Counted from the stretch's first letter, positions 49,749-60,660 are shown. The stretch: DNA of 64,000 bases from Candidatus Bathyarchaeota archaeon (GCA_963741005.1 CAVUGQ010000005.1:271965-335964), one strand, 5' to 3'. The notes: generated by a model not told the origin, from the sequence alone. Numbers and translations: made by a program.

Positions 49749-50501
49749 GTGAATCTTCTCATGCGCAAAAAACTGTTTTTCACGTTGCTTTTTAGCATAA
49801 TTTTTTTGGTGTCAAGCTTCGCCTCCGCCTACATATACACTCAACAAACCCAAACAATCACCCAAACCATAAGAAAGCACAGTCCAACGCTTGTACCTCT
49901 TGGTACGGCTGCCTACTTCTCAGTTTTAGCAGGCTCCGGGATAACCAACACCGGTTCAACCACGATTACAGCAGACACCGGCACTTATCCGACTGCTTCA
50001 GAGACAGGATTTATTACTGTAACTTTTGTATACGGGATTAACCACGCCGGCGACGCTGTCACGCAGGAGGCCAAAATAGACTTGTTAACTGCGTATAACA
50101 ATGCTTCAGGACAAGCAACTACTCAGACAATATATACTGACCTTGGTGGACAAACCCTAACTGCAGGCGTCTACACTGGAGCGCCTTCGTTTGGATTAAC
50201 TGGAACTCTTACTCTCGACGGGCAAAACAATCCTAGCTCAAGCTTCATCTTTCAGGCTCCCGCGAGCACAGTTATCACAACACCAAATAGTGTAGTGCGT
50301 CTCATCAATGGTGCTCAATCTCGCAACGTATTTTGGCAAGTTGGTAGCTCCGCAACTATTGGAGCTGACTCTGTTTTCGTTGGAACTATTCTAGCTTGGA
50401 CATCAATATCACTGAGTGCAAGCGCAACAGTGGATGGAAGAGCGCTGGCAATCAACGGCGCAGTTACATTAAACAATAACACTATCAACACGCCAGATTA
50501 G
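49749..50501 (+). CDS. Secreted DUF3494 (ice-binding-protein-like) domain protein
   Basis: AAYFSVLAGSGITNTG, LGGQTLTAGVYT, LTGTLTLDG, IFQAPASTV, LINGAQSRNVFWQVGSSATIG, GRALAINGAVTLNNNTI all match the IBP/DUF3494 beta-helix consensus. Confidence 0.8.
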   Translation: MNLLMRKKLFFTLLFSIIFLVSSFASAYIYTQQTQTITQTIRKHSPTLVPLGTAAYFSVLAGSGITNTGSTTITADTGTYPTASETGFITVTFVYGINHAGDAVTQEAKIDLLTAYNNASGQATTQTIYTDLGGQTLTAGVYTGAPSFGLTGTLTLDGQNNPSSSFIFQAPASTVITTPNSVVRLINGAQSRNVFWQVGSSATIGADSVFVGTILAWTSISLSASATVDGRALAINGAVTLNNNTINTPD

Positions 50502-50526
50502 AATAGTATAAGCTTTAGTACCTGGC

Positions 50527-50889
50527 TTGAATGTTACTTTTAATGTTGTTTCAAGTCTTACTTCAGGAGTAACTGTTTGGGACACAACTGATAGCAACGG
50601 GCAAGCATCATTGAACACTATTTCCTGGGGTGAAGTGGCGCCTGGATCTTCAATCATTGTTTCAATCTACGTGAAGAACACAGGCAACGTGCCTATGACA
50701 TTGGCGATAGCGACTGCAAACTGGGTTCCAGCAACATACGGCCAATACCTAACGATTTCATGGAATTACCTGGGGCAAGCAGTGCAAGCGGGTAATCTGC
50801 AGAAAATCGATGTGCCTTTAGCATCCGTAACTAATTCGCCTGGCGGAAGTTTTAGCGCAAACATAATCATCACAGGAACTTCGCAGTGA
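50527..50889 (+). CDS. CARDB-like or Ig-like beta-sandwich protein
   Basis: SIYVKNTGNVPMTLAIATANW pattern. Co-oriented with the IBP gene. Confidence 0.3.
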   Translation: MNVTFNVVSSLTSGVTVWDTTDSNGQASLNTISWGEVAPGSSIIVSIYVKNTGNVPMTLAIATANWVPATYGQYLTISWNYLGQAVQAGNLQKIDVPLASVTNSPGGSFSANIIITGTSQ

Positions 50890-51310
50890 GAGGTGAACTA
50901 GGCATGGAAGTTGAACGTAATAAGTTGGGTAAAACAGTTTCGGATTACCGTTGCAGCTGTGGGCATCTGCATGTTTCTTTGTTTGTTAATAGTTACGTGT
51001 TGAAGCGGTGTTACAGGTGCGGCAAAAAAGACAGCTGGAAATAAGTTTTTAGGCTTCTCTTTTTTTATTCATTTTATCTTATGCCTTAGCGGATAGCTTT
51101 TTCGTTGTCTTTCTCTACTAAAATAAACTCGTAAACTGTAACGATTGTGTATGGGTTATTGCATTTGATTATCTATTTTTTGGTATATGCCCAAATACTC
51201 TCATTGTCATTAGGAATTAGTTTAGGAGGTGTCCTTTTCCAGCGATGTGGGTACCAACTTTCTACTTATTTTCTGGTATTTAAGAAACTTTACTAACTTT
51301 AGACAAGATA

Positions 51311-51365
51311 GTTTGACAAAAACCACTTAAGCAAACTCAATCTCATAATATAGCAGGAATGGTAT
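51311..51365 (+). promoter_or_regulatory. Conserved MPKKLLATT-operon promoter block
   Basis: gtttgacaaaaaccacttaagcaaactcaatctcataatatagcagg. Confidence 0.6.
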
Positions 51366-51968
51366 ATGCCAAAGAAACTTTTGGCAACAACAGTCATCTT
51401 GGCTCTAATATTTGTTTATTGCCAAGTTCCATTGTCTACTGCAAACTTTATCCCAACAAAAGCTGAAATTGATATTTTCTCTCTATTATTCTATCCAATG
51501 CCTTCAAACATGAGTGATTATGACCTGAGCATTTACCAAACCCTGTTTGCAACAGTAAGAGTCCCATTAAATGCCCCACAGAATTATCAAGAAATATACC
51601 ATATTTACTACTGTTTAGATGGTCATCCAGCAATAGAGTTTTCCAATGTAAGTAAGTCTGAAAAAGAGTGGTTTAGCGGCAGTGCTATGCATTATTTTGC
51701 AAATGCAAGTTTAAGTAATTTGGAAAAAGGGAACCATACAATAAGGGTTTATACTCAAGGAACTAAAGAAGGATTGTCAGCTTCAAGGGAGTTTACATTA
51801 AACACTTCTCTGGTTTCTATCTCTGCATCTCCAAATTCAAATCAAAATCAAGCATCTACCATCCTGTCTAATCCAATATTGCCCACTGCAATAGCTACTG
51901 TGATTGTGATAGTAGCTGTTGTTTTAGTTTCGTTGGTTTACTTTAGGAGAAGAAGGGGAAAACCATGA
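51366..51968 (+). CDS. Operon-leading surface-family protein (MPKKLLATT), C-terminal TM plus RRRRGKP
   Basis: C-terminus TVIVIVAVVLVSLVYFRRRRGKP. Confidence 0.7.
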   Translation: MPKKLLATTVILALIFVYCQVPLSTANFIPTKAEIDIFSLLFYPMPSNMSDYDLSIYQTLFATVRVPLNAPQNYQEIYHIYYCLDGHPAIEFSNVSKSEKEWFSGSAMHYFANASLSNLEKGNHTIRVYTQGTKEGLSASREFTLNTSLVSISASPNSNQNQASTILSNPILPTAIATVIVIVAVVLVSLVYFRRRRGKP

Positions 51969-52552
51969 TAAGAAAATTTGCCGTATTTGCTGTAGTGTTT
52001 GTAGTTTCAATATTGATTGGGATACAAGCAGTTGAAGTAGTAGATGCTAATCCCTTCACATTATGGAAAAAGACTGACACTCCACCAGATGCCATACCGC
52101 CAATAATTTCTGTCACCAGTCCACAAAACAGCAGTATCTATCCAAGTTCATTCAACATCAATTTTACTATAAATAAGCCGCAATATGGCGAATACGATTC
52201 CAGCATCATTAAGGTAAGCTATACAATAGATAATGTAACTGTGCGTCCTTATTCTATTTGGAGCTCTAATACTAATGGAATTCCTCAGTTTGAAACTGTC
52301 TTCAGAGAACCTTCCTTAAGTGAGGGCAACCATACTCTGATAGTTGAGGCAGAAGGGGTTGTCTACCTTCCAAACTTCCAACTCTTCTTTGAAAATAGCA
52401 CTGCAATAGTCTTCTTTACCGTCCACAATCAAACATTTGTTAACTATCTATTCAACCAAACAGTTCTTACTCCAATAGTGATAATAAGTATAATAGTTGT
52501 TGTTGCTTCTGTCACTCTGGTTTACTTTAGAAGACGGAAGGTACAACCATGA
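51965..52552 (+). CDS. Surface-family protein
   Basis: MIRKFAVFAVVFVVSILIGIQAVEVVDANP ... LVYFRRRKVQP. Confidence 0.7.
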   Translation: MIRKFAVFAVVFVVSILIGIQAVEVVDANPFTLWKKTDTPPDAIPPIISVTSPQNSSIYPSSFNINFTINKPQYGEYDSSIIKVSYTIDNVTVRPYSIWSSNTNGIPQFETVFREPSLSEGNHTLIVEAEGVVYLPNFQLFFENSTAIVFFTVHNQTFVNYLFNQTVLTPIVIISIIVVVASVTLVYFRRRKVQP

Positions 52553-53253
52553 AGAGAAGATATGCTGTATTTGCTGTAATCTTTGCAGTCTCAGTATTGA
52601 TTGGGATACAAGCAGTTGAGGTAGTCAAGGCTAATCCTATGACTTTTCCCACAAGCACCTCTCCCCCAGATAGCGTTACTCTTACCATTACCGTTGATTC
52701 TCCCAAGCAAAACACATCGTACTCTAATGGAACAATTAACGTTTGCTTCAATAAAACAATCAACAGCCCCAACGGCATTTCAACGAGTACAAATATCATC
52801 AGCACTTATCAGGGAGATTGGATGAAAGACAGCCGATGGTGCCCTTTTCCCGCTGACGTTGACCGCTTCGCAACATACCATTTCCTGCAGTATAACTTTA
52901 ACATCACCGACATACCAGTTGGCGAGCATACACTAAACATAACAGCACAAGGACAAGGCGGCTTTAACAAAAATAATACCGAATATTCTTTTACCTTTCA
53001 AAAAACAGTATCAATAAAATTCTCAATCATCAGTTCAAATCAACCCTCAGGAACATCACCACCAACAACAACTATACTCTCTTCAACCACTACGACTCCA
53101 GAACTTCCTTCGCCAACTCCAAATCAAAAAATAGGTTCTGATTATTGGATAAATCCAACAGCCCTTGCAACTACAGTTATCGTGATTGTAATAGTGGCTG
53201 TTGCTTCAATCTCACTGGTTTACTTCAAGAAGCATGGAGGTCGCAACAAATGA
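52549..53253 (+). CDS. Surface-family protein
   Basis: MKRRYAVFAVIFAVSVLIGIQAVEVVKANP ... TPELPSPTP...SLVYFKKHGGRNK. Confidence 0.7.
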   Translation: MKRRYAVFAVIFAVSVLIGIQAVEVVKANPMTFPTSTSPPDSVTLTITVDSPKQNTSYSNGTINVCFNKTINSPNGISTSTNIISTYQGDWMKDSRWCPFPADVDRFATYHFLQYNFNITDIPVGEHTLNITAQGQGGFNKNNTEYSFTFQKTVSIKFSIISSNQPSGTSPPTTTILSSTTTTPELPSPTPNQKIGSDYWINPTALATTVIVIVIVAVASISLVYFKKHGGRNK

Positions 53254-53963
53254 AGAGAGCGTCGCAGGCATTAACAATTTTATTGGCACTCTCAGTCCCA
53301 ATGTTATCTGCTAGTTTGTTTGTTCACGTTGTAAGCGCGAACCCATTTATGCCAAGCGGTTCTTGGTCCGATGAGCCTATCCCACCTTCAATCAGCATTC
53401 AATCGCCTACTGAGTCACTTAATTATTGGAATGGAAGTGATGTATGGCTTAATTTCACAGTAGCAGAACCTCTAACAAACTGGTACAGTACTGGATCAAT
53501 TAGTTATCCTGACTACTATGCAACTACTTTGGGAAATTTAACTCAGGTCTCATTTTCCATAGACGGCAAACAGGAGAACAATGTAAGCAAAATTTCTGAA
53601 TCACCGCTGAAAAGTTACAAAGTATACAATCCTATGAGTGGGTTATTGCATTTTTCAGTCAATTTGGGGCGGTTACCTGTCGGGCAGCATAAAATAAACA
53701 TTACAGCAGATGGGTCAGCGTATTATGGCAATCTAACGCATAGTGCTTTTTCTGATTCCTTTCCAATTGACACTGATAAAAGTGACAAAACCAAGTTTCT
53801 CAGTAGCTCATTGCAGAGAAACTTTGTCATAGATGATTTTGCCCCAATTACTTTCATGGCGCCTTTTCCAACTGCATCTGTGGCAATTGTTTCATCTGTT
53901 GGGGTAGCGGTTGTAGGTGTTGGTTTGTTGGTTTACTTTAAGAGAAAGAGAGGTAAACAATGA
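53252..53963 (+). CDS. Surface-family protein. Start taken at MKRASQALTILLALS; the ORF-track start at 53145 overlaps the previous gene.
   Basis: Signal plus ANP. C-terminus FPTASVAIVSSVGVAVVGVGLLVYFKRKRGKQ. Confidence 0.65.
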
Positions 53964-54655
53964 AGAGAAGGATAGCTCTTTTTGCGTTTATACTTCTAAT
54001 GTCTGTATTGATTGGGGTATTGCCAATTGGGAAAGTGGAAGCTAATCCAATTAATCAAAAAGCTGGATATGAAGTTATCACAATAGATAGCCCTCAGGGT
54101 CTGACTTTTTCATCCTCAAACAGTGTAACCTTAACTTTTAAGTGTCATACTAACTTTGTTGCCAACTACCTTTCATATTGCTATACTATGGATGGGTCTG
54201 GAGCTACCCTTTATGGTAATGTTTGGCACCAAATGCTCAAGGTTGCACAAAAAATTATCAATCAAACTGTGATATCTAATGACACTTCAAATTCTAGAAC
54301 TGAACCCTACCTGCCGTACACAGATTATGAAATTGAGATTAAAGCAATATTATCCTCTCTTAGAGATGGGAATCACAGGATGAGCCTTTACAGGGGACCT
54401 AACTATGACTTCTCTGGAGCTGTTTATTCTCCTGTCCTTAATGTTTCCTTTACTGTTAATACTTCTGCTGATGGAACAAAAAACTTGAGGCTATCCAAAA
54501 TATCGCCAGACACAACTCCAACTCCCTCTCAATCATTGCCCTCAAATTTCCCAACCCCAACAGTCTCAGAATTCCCATTAGGAGGGGTTATTTCCATCTT
54601 AGTTGTTGCTTCTGTCTCATTGGTTTACTTTAAGAGAAGTAAGGGGAAGCCATGA
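53960..54655 (+). CDS. Surface-family protein
   Basis: MKRRIALFAF... VSEFPLGGVISILVVASVSLVYFKRSKGKP. Confidence 0.7.
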   Translation: MKRRIALFAFILLMSVLIGVLPIGKVEANPINQKAGYEVITIDSPQGLTFSSSNSVTLTFKCHTNFVANYLSYCYTMDGSGATLYGNVWHQMLKVAQKIINQTVISNDTSNSRTEPYLPYTDYEIEIKAILSSLRDGNHRMSLYRGPNYDFSGAVYSPVLNVSFTVNTSADGTKNLRLSKISPDTTPTPSQSLPSNFPTPTVSEFPLGGVISILVVASVSLVYFKRSKGKP

Positions 54656-55491
54656 TTCGAAGATATGCTGTATTTGCTGTAATCTTTGCAGTCTCAGCAT
54701 TAATTGGGATACAAGCAGTTGAGGTGGCAGATGCTAATCCTACTTGGGGAACCTCTGCAACTCCAATACCTCCTATCACTGACCCTCCACAAATAATCAT
54801 AACCTCCCCAAACTCAATAGAATACGATAATCCTGTTCCTTTAAACATAACAATAATTCAACCAGACTCATGGATATCAAAAACCAATATGCATTATCCA
54901 CCAAATTCATATGTGGATAATTCGGATAGCGTAGTTGTTGGACAAAACAAATTAAAATCAATAACTTGCATTATTGATGGACAATCAATTATCCTCTGGA
55001 ATGGTACACCAATAGGTAGTTCTGCAGTTAATAATGCAGTTACCTATTATATGCCAAGAATAACACAGTTTTCAGCAATCATGAATCTAAGCAAAGGGCA
55101 ACATAACTTGCAAGTAAATGTTATTGCAGTATCAGACTATGTTACAGAAGGCATCATCCCATTTGCACAAAAGGAGTACATTATTTCAGCTAACCAAAGT
55201 ACAACATTTAATGTCAATAGTAATTCAGATTCTATCTTTTCTCCAACAATAGATAGCATAAAAAGTTCATATGCAATTTGGCAAACTTCAGACTCAACAC
55301 CTTCACCAACTCCAAACCCTACTCCAACAGCAAGCACACTCACACCAACACCTACAGGTATTGAAGTAGATACTGGTGATTCAAGAATGTTAAACCAAAC
55401 AACTCTTACTGCAATAGCTTTTGTGATTGCAATAGTGGCTGTTGCCTTTGTTTCATTGGTTTACTTTAAGAGAAGAAAGGGGAAGCCATGA
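54652..55491 (+). CDS. Surface-family protein
   Basis: MIRRYAVFAVIFAVSALIGIQAVEVADANP ... VYFKRRKGKP. Confidence 0.7.
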   Translation: MIRRYAVFAVIFAVSALIGIQAVEVADANPTWGTSATPIPPITDPPQIIITSPNSIEYDNPVPLNITIIQPDSWISKTNMHYPPNSYVDNSDSVVVGQNKLKSITCIIDGQSIILWNGTPIGSSAVNNAVTYYMPRITQFSAIMNLSKGQHNLQVNVIAVSDYVTEGIIPFAQKEYIISANQSTTFNVNSNSDSIFSPTIDSIKSSYAIWQTSDSTPSPTPNPTPTASTLTPTPTGIEVDTGDSRMLNQTTLTAIAFVIAIVAVAFVSLVYFKRRKGKP

Positions 55492-56297
55492 AGAGAAGCT
55501 ATGTTGAATTTGCAGGAGTCTTTGCTCTTCTTTTAGTTGTTGGGATTCAAGTTGTTGAGGCCCAAACGGTACAATCATCATCGGTTTTGGCTAGCCACTT
55601 TGATGTTGACTTAGTCTATGCATATACTACAGGCACCTACGCTGCAATGGCTATCGTTAATTTCACGCGTATTCCTAACCAAACGATTTCTACAGACGGC
55701 GTAAGTGATGTGTACACATTAGAGCTTTATTCCAACGGTCAAATTATAGGTAGCCGTTTAATCGGATGCACAATTGGCGATGGTCCGTCTTTGGATTATA
55801 TGATGGGTATAAGTATGAGTGTCGGTCATTTCGGTTTACAGTCAGTAAGATCTGCAGAGGATCGATTGGGGTTAACAACATGGGATATTCCTTATGATCC
55901 ACCTTATCCTAGCTTTGTTGAACCGCTAGATGTGAAGTTGATTAAAACAGGTTGGGTTGTAGTTGAGGGAAATTACACTTGGTCTAGTTTGAATCGCCAT
56001 GAAGTGATCGAGGAGGTACATCTGGTTCAGTTCCAGGACGGCTACTTATACAACAATCTTGTGCCTCAGGAACAGCTAAATGACCCAAAACATCCACCGA
56101 TACCAACTAGTCAAATTTCACCCACCCCAAGCAGTATGCCTACTTCAAATGTGTCTCCAACCCCAAAAACAGTTTCTTTACTCGCGTTAACACCTGTTTT
56201 AAAAATAGCCATAGTCATAATATCCATAGTATTAATGGCTGTCATAGGTGCAAGTTTACTGGTTTACTTTAAGAAACGCAGACGTGAAGCTTTATGA
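55488..56297 (+). CDS. Surface-family protein
   Basis: Signal plus C-terminus LLVYFKKRRREAL. Confidence 0.65.
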   Translation: MKRSYVEFAGVFALLLVVGIQVVEAQTVQSSSVLASHFDVDLVYAYTTGTYAAMAIVNFTRIPNQTISTDGVSDVYTLELYSNGQIIGSRLIGCTIGDGPSLDYMMGISMSVGHFGLQSVRSAEDRLGLTTWDIPYDPPYPSFVEPLDVKLIKTGWVVVEGNYTWSSLNRHEVIEEVHLVQFQDGYLYNNLVPQEQLNDPKHPPIPTSQISPTPSSMPTSNVSPTPKTVSLLALTPVLKIAIVIISIVLMAVIGASLLVYFKKRRREAL

Positions 56298-57145
56298 AAA
56301 GAAAAGCGTTGGCATTAACGCTAATCTTTATGCTTTTAGCTTTAGCGTTGGTTGAATTAGGGTCAATTAAGGTGGCATGTGCAACTTCTGATGAATCATT
56401 TCCTGTTCTTGCAATGCCTATAGAATACGTTAACTACACTATTACAACAATTAATGGGTCTTTGTGGGCTAAGATTGATGGAGACTACCCAATTTATCTT
56501 CTAAAGCAAATGGACTATAGCTTCACTGGTGATTTACCAATGGTTTATCCCATGCCTCCACAAACAACCAACATAAGCATAAGCTTAGATAACAAGGAAG
56601 TAAGCTGGAGCAATTACACCCAAAGTTATCCTGAGGCACTGCACCATACAGCCATTGGTGACTGGTGGATGATTTACTGTAATCTTGAAAATGTTTCAGG
56701 TTATTTTGAACTTAAAATTCACTATGAGCATCCACTTGAAATGGTCAATGGGTCTTATCTTTTCCTCTATGACCTAAACATTAGTCCATACCTGTCATTA
56801 CAGAGTAATAACTCAACAGCATACTTCACAATAAAGATGAAGACTAACTTTTCAAGCCTAAATATTTACTCCACACAGACTGGTTCCAAATGGAATCCAA
56901 TAAATTTCACTTTAACAGAAAATGCCTCAACAGAGGTTGTTTCAGTGCAGATGTATTCTGAATATGGAAAGCCTTTGTTGGGAGATTTGGTGGTTGAATT
57001 TTCATCTCCATCACCCTCACAAACGTCTTTGTTAACTTATGAGTACTTTCCAACTGCATCTGTGGCAATTGTTTCATCTGTTGGGGTAGCGGTTGTAGGT
57101 GTTGGTTTGTTGGTTTACTTTAAGAGAAGAAAGGATAAGCCATGA
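56294..57145 (+). CDS. Surface-family protein (C-terminus identical to 53252..53963)
   Basis: YFPTASVAIVSSVGVAVVGVGLLVYFKRRKDKP. Confidence 0.7.
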   Translation: MKRKALALTLIFMLLALALVELGSIKVACATSDESFPVLAMPIEYVNYTITTINGSLWAKIDGDYPIYLLKQMDYSFTGDLPMVYPMPPQTTNISISLDNKEVSWSNYTQSYPEALHHTAIGDWWMIYCNLENVSGYFELKIHYEHPLEMVNGSYLFLYDLNISPYLSLQSNNSTAYFTIKMKTNFSSLNIYSTQTGSKWNPINFTLTENASTEVVSVQMYSEYGKPLLGDLVVEFSSPSPSQTSLLTYEYFPTASVAIVSSVGVAVVGVGLLVYFKRRKDKP

Positions 57146-57618
57146 AGAGAAGATATGCTGTATTTGCCGTAATCTTTGCAGTCTCAATATTGATTGGGAT
57201 ACAAACAGTTGAGGTAGTGGATGCTGATCCAGTTCCTTTAGGTGGTTACCCAAAACTATCCACAGCCCCACAGGTATTAGTTTTGTCTTCAGGCAACAAA
57301 ACGTACAACACCGCCGATGTACCGTTACAATTCAATGTTAATGAATCAGAATCGCAATACAGTTATTGTTTGGATGGGCAGCCAGCAACAATTGTTAAAG
57401 GAAACAGCACTCTAACCAACCTTTCCAATGGGAACCATAACCTTACGGTCTATGCAGTTGACGCGGCAAGAAACGTTGGCACTTCAGAAACAGTCAGTTT
57501 TGAAGTAGATGTGCCCTTCCCAACCATTCAAGTCACCGTAGCTGTGGCAATACTTTCAGCTGTCGTTATCCTTTTGCCAATCCTTCTCTTCAAGAGGCGC
57601 AAGTCTAAAACTGCTTAG
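57142..57618 (+). CDS. Surface-family protein
   Basis: MKRRYAVFAVIFAVSILIGIQTVEVVDADP ... LLFKRRKSKTA. Confidence 0.7.
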   Translation: MKRRYAVFAVIFAVSILIGIQTVEVVDADPVPLGGYPKLSTAPQVLVLSSGNKTYNTADVPLQFNVNESESQYSYCLDGQPATIVKGNSTLTNLSNGNHNLTVYAVDAARNVGTSETVSFEVDVPFPTIQVTVAVAILSAVVILLPILLFKRRKSKTA

Positions 57619-57619
57619 C

Positions 57620-57712
57620 CGATAATGCAAACCGTTTGCTGTTGTTCTTTAGTTATGGTTTTGGAGTAGCATCTTTTTTATGGCAAGTTTTGCTGCATGT
57701 CTCTTTCATCAG
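57620..57712 (+). repeat. About 90-bp direct repeat (partner 58438-58534)
   Basis: cgataatgc...agcatcttttttatgg..caag.tttgctgc..gtctctttcatcag in both. Confidence 0.7.
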
Positions 57713-57805
57713 AAAACCTGCCCTAGTCTTCGGTTTGAAGATGCATTACTCACATTTTTTCCGCAAACAATAATACAGCAGTTAAACGATAGTGCTCCGA
57801 CCGCT

Positions 57806-58393
57806 ATGGACAACAAAACGCTGCTTGGAGCATTCGCCTTCATGGTTATTGTTGTTTTGGCAGCCACGTTTTTGCAGGCGGTGTCGGCCACTGCGGAGAA
57901 TCCCGACTGGGTCTACATAAAAACTATAACGGGAAAAGGAACTGAAAGCCAAAACATCGACGTAGACGCCTTTGTTCCAAGCGGATACCATTGGGGTGTT
58001 AGGGGTAGGTACACGGCTACTGGCACTGCGTCGTTAGCATTGTTTTACGCTGGGAGTAACCCTCAAGATTACACAGAGGGTGGAAAAGGAATCGGCACCT
58101 ACATAGTTAACTTGGACCCATCCAGAAGCAGAGACCATGGGCAGGGCTCGCTGAAAGTTACAGCGGTAAACACAATAAGCTACGAATTGAACTTTTACTA
58201 TGACGAAAATTTAGGCAACCAAACCCAAAGTGCTACTCCAACAGCTTTACCTACGCCAACACCCACCTCTAATCCAGCGTTTCCCTTTAACCAGTCAGCC
58301 GAGCTCCTCGCTGTTGCCGTATTTGTGGTTGTTGTAGCAGTCGTTTCTGCAGTGTTGGTTCGGAGAAGAACATCGTCGAGGGATAGTAAATGA
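57806..58393 (+). CDS. Secreted protein with C-terminal TM plus RRRTSSR tail. Start taken at MDNKTLLGAFAF.
   Basis: Signal at the internal Met. The ORF-track N-terminal extension lies in the repeat. Confidence 0.55.
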   Translation: MDNKTLLGAFAFMVIVVLAATFLQAVSATAENPDWVYIKTITGKGTESQNIDVDAFVPSGYHWGVRGRYTATGTASLALFYAGSNPQDYTEGGKGIGTYIVNLDPSRSRDHGQGSLKVTAVNTISYELNFYYDENLGNQTQSATPTALPTPTPTSNPAFPFNQSAELLAVAVFVVVVAVVSAVLVRRRTSSRDSK

Positions 58394-59042
58394 GGAATCA
58401 CCTGGTTCAAACGATATATGTGGTCTTGATGCCTAGTCGATAATGCCCGCACATCGTTTGATGTTGTTTTTTAGATGTGGTTTTAGGTAGCATCTTTTTT
58501 ATGGGCAAGCTTTGCTGCGGGGTCTCTTTCATCAGGATGCCCTCACTAATGAACTGAAAGATGAATCTGCTTTACCCCAAAATGACTTTTCCTGTTAATG
58601 CTTCTTGGAGGTGATTTGTTTGGTTGATGAGATAGAGGTATCTGAGAATAAGGAAGCCCTGATCGTTTGGCTGGCACTGTTGCGGGCGCTGCTACTACGT
58701 TTGTTGCTTCTTTGCCGATTCCTCTGGAGATTAAGACTCCGGCAGCTGCGTTAGCATCCACTGTGACGGGCGCGATTCTGCTTTACTGGAAGAACAAAGT
58801 CAACAAGCAGTAAGCAACCTTTTCTTTTTTTATTCGGGGAAATTTAGCTGTTTTAGCCTAAAGTGCGTGTTATTTAGGAGACGGCGCTAAGAAGCTTTCC
58901 CCATTTACAACTGCTGCTTGGAGGACAAAAAAGATTGTGGGTAAATCCAGAAGTGTGAGTTCAATGAAGGCAAAGACAGAATTGTGTGTTTTTAGGCACA
59001 ACGTTTTTGTATGCAAATGGTATCTATTGTATACGGTGATGT

Positions 59043-59366
59043 GTGTTGACTCTTAAACCATTAGCCGTGCGCGTCCCAGCTGAACTGGACGAAGAAATTT
59101 CCACTATCATAAAGAAAGAAAAACTAGACAAAGCAACAGTTGTCAGAAATCTTCTTGAAACAGGCATCACCGAGTGGAGAAAACAAACCGCCCTTGATCT
59201 CTTAGGCAAAGGGAAAGCAACTTTTGCTCAAGCCGCAGAGATCGCAAAGCTTTCTCTTTGGGAGTTTGCCGATTTAGTGAAACATTGCAACGTTGAATGG
59301 GTCCGATTTGAACCTGAAGACGTTGAAAAAGAATTTAAAGAAGCATCGGCGGTCAAACGCGATTGA
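59043..59366 (+). CDS. UPF0175-family antitoxin-like protein
   Basis: LLGKGKATFAQAAEIAKLSLWEFADLV. Coupled to the downstream PIN-like gene. Confidence 0.6.
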   Translation: MLTLKPLAVRVPAELDEEISTIIKKEKLDKATVVRNLLETGITEWRKQTALDLLGKGKATFAQAAEIAKLSLWEFADLVKHCNVEWVRFEPEDVEKEFKEASAVKRD

Positions 59367-59875
59367 AACCGTTAGTTTTCAATTCCACCCCTCTGATTTA
59401 CTTGTCTAAGGTGGGATTGAGTGGGATTATTGAAGGCCTGCAAGATGAAAAGTTGACTTCTCCGCTGGTTAAAAATGAAGTGGTGGATAAAGGCAAACAA
59501 AAAGGCGTCCCAGAGGCTGTTGCCTTGGAAAAACTGTTTGAAAACGGCGTTTTTAAACTCTGCAGCCCCAAAGATCAACTGTTCCTTTCACGGTTGTCCA
59601 AGACACGGGGACTCCATGCTGCGGATGCGGAGGTTTTAGCACTTGCCAAGGAACAAGCGGGTTTGGCTGTTATTGATGACGAGGTGGCGAGGAAAACCGC
59701 TAAAGTTTATAAAATTAGTTACGTGGGCACACCATATATTTTGGCAAGGGCAGTTTCTGAAGAATTCCTGTCAAAAGAGCAAGCCAAAGCCGCTGTTAAG
59801 GACATGGTTTCTTCAGGTTGGCGCTGTAACGTGGAAACCTACGCCAAGATAATGGAGTTAATAGACAAAATTTAA
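59363..59875 (+). CDS. PIN-domain (DUF3368-like) toxin-like protein
   Basis: HAADAEVLALAKEQAGLAVIDDEVARKTA...GTPYILARAV. Confidence 0.6.
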   Translation: MKPLVFNSTPLIYLSKVGLSGIIEGLQDEKLTSPLVKNEVVDKGKQKGVPEAVALEKLFENGVFKLCSPKDQLFLSRLSKTRGLHAADAEVLALAKEQAGLAVIDDEVARKTAKVYKISYVGTPYILARAVSEEFLSKEQAKAAVKDMVSSGWRCNVETYAKIMELIDKI

Positions 59876-60660
59876 GGTGTGGTCTTGGGCAAATCGTCTG
59901 TTTTTCTTTTTTTCCCTGAAAATGGGTTAATATCTTAAACGTTATTTTTTCAGCAGCTTTTCAAAATGTAAAAACATGGAAACGACGAGTTTGTTAGGAT
60001 AATTGGGGATAAAGTAGGGGCATTTAAATATCTGTGGAAAAAGTAGACATGCGACCCCTAATCCTAGTACTCCCATCCCACAAGTGCGGGCATCATTGCC
60101 TCGGATAGACCTTACTCGCAGTTAATCATTAAGAGTGGAAAGTCATTAAAAAGTTTGTGGTAGCCTACCCAATACACACAACATTCTCTGACCATTCTGT
60201 TTTTTAGGCAGTTATTTTTGTTTCAGTCAATAAATTATATTAACCCCATAGCCTGTCCTTAATCAAAGGAAAAAGTCGAAAAAAAAGAGGAAATCAGAAA
60301 CGCAAAACAATAAGAACGGCAAGTTGATTGCGTCTCTTTTTGTTGTGATACTTGTTGCAAGAATTTTGTTGTTGGAAACTACATCAAAGCTCGCTTTGTG
60401 CTTCACATAAAAACTCCTGACTCATATAATCAACAATCTCTTGAAATCAACATTGATGGCGTAGCTAAGAAACAAAGAGATGTGCACTTGCCAGCTGATA
60501 CTTGGTGCCGTCTCTCCTATAACATGCCAGTGAATAAAACAACCCTTGTCAGAGTACACAGCCAAACTTACTCAGGCGCAGTAGTTATTGATGAGGTTTG
60601 GGTTATAGCAAAGTAGCGATGGGAAAAAAGCCTAAAACCAAAATAATTGCGTTCAAGAAA

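Noticed and set aside
57680-57805. N-terminal extension MASFAACLFHQ... of ORF 57680..58393
   Set aside because: Lies in the 90-bp repeat and precedes a much better signal-peptide start at 57806.
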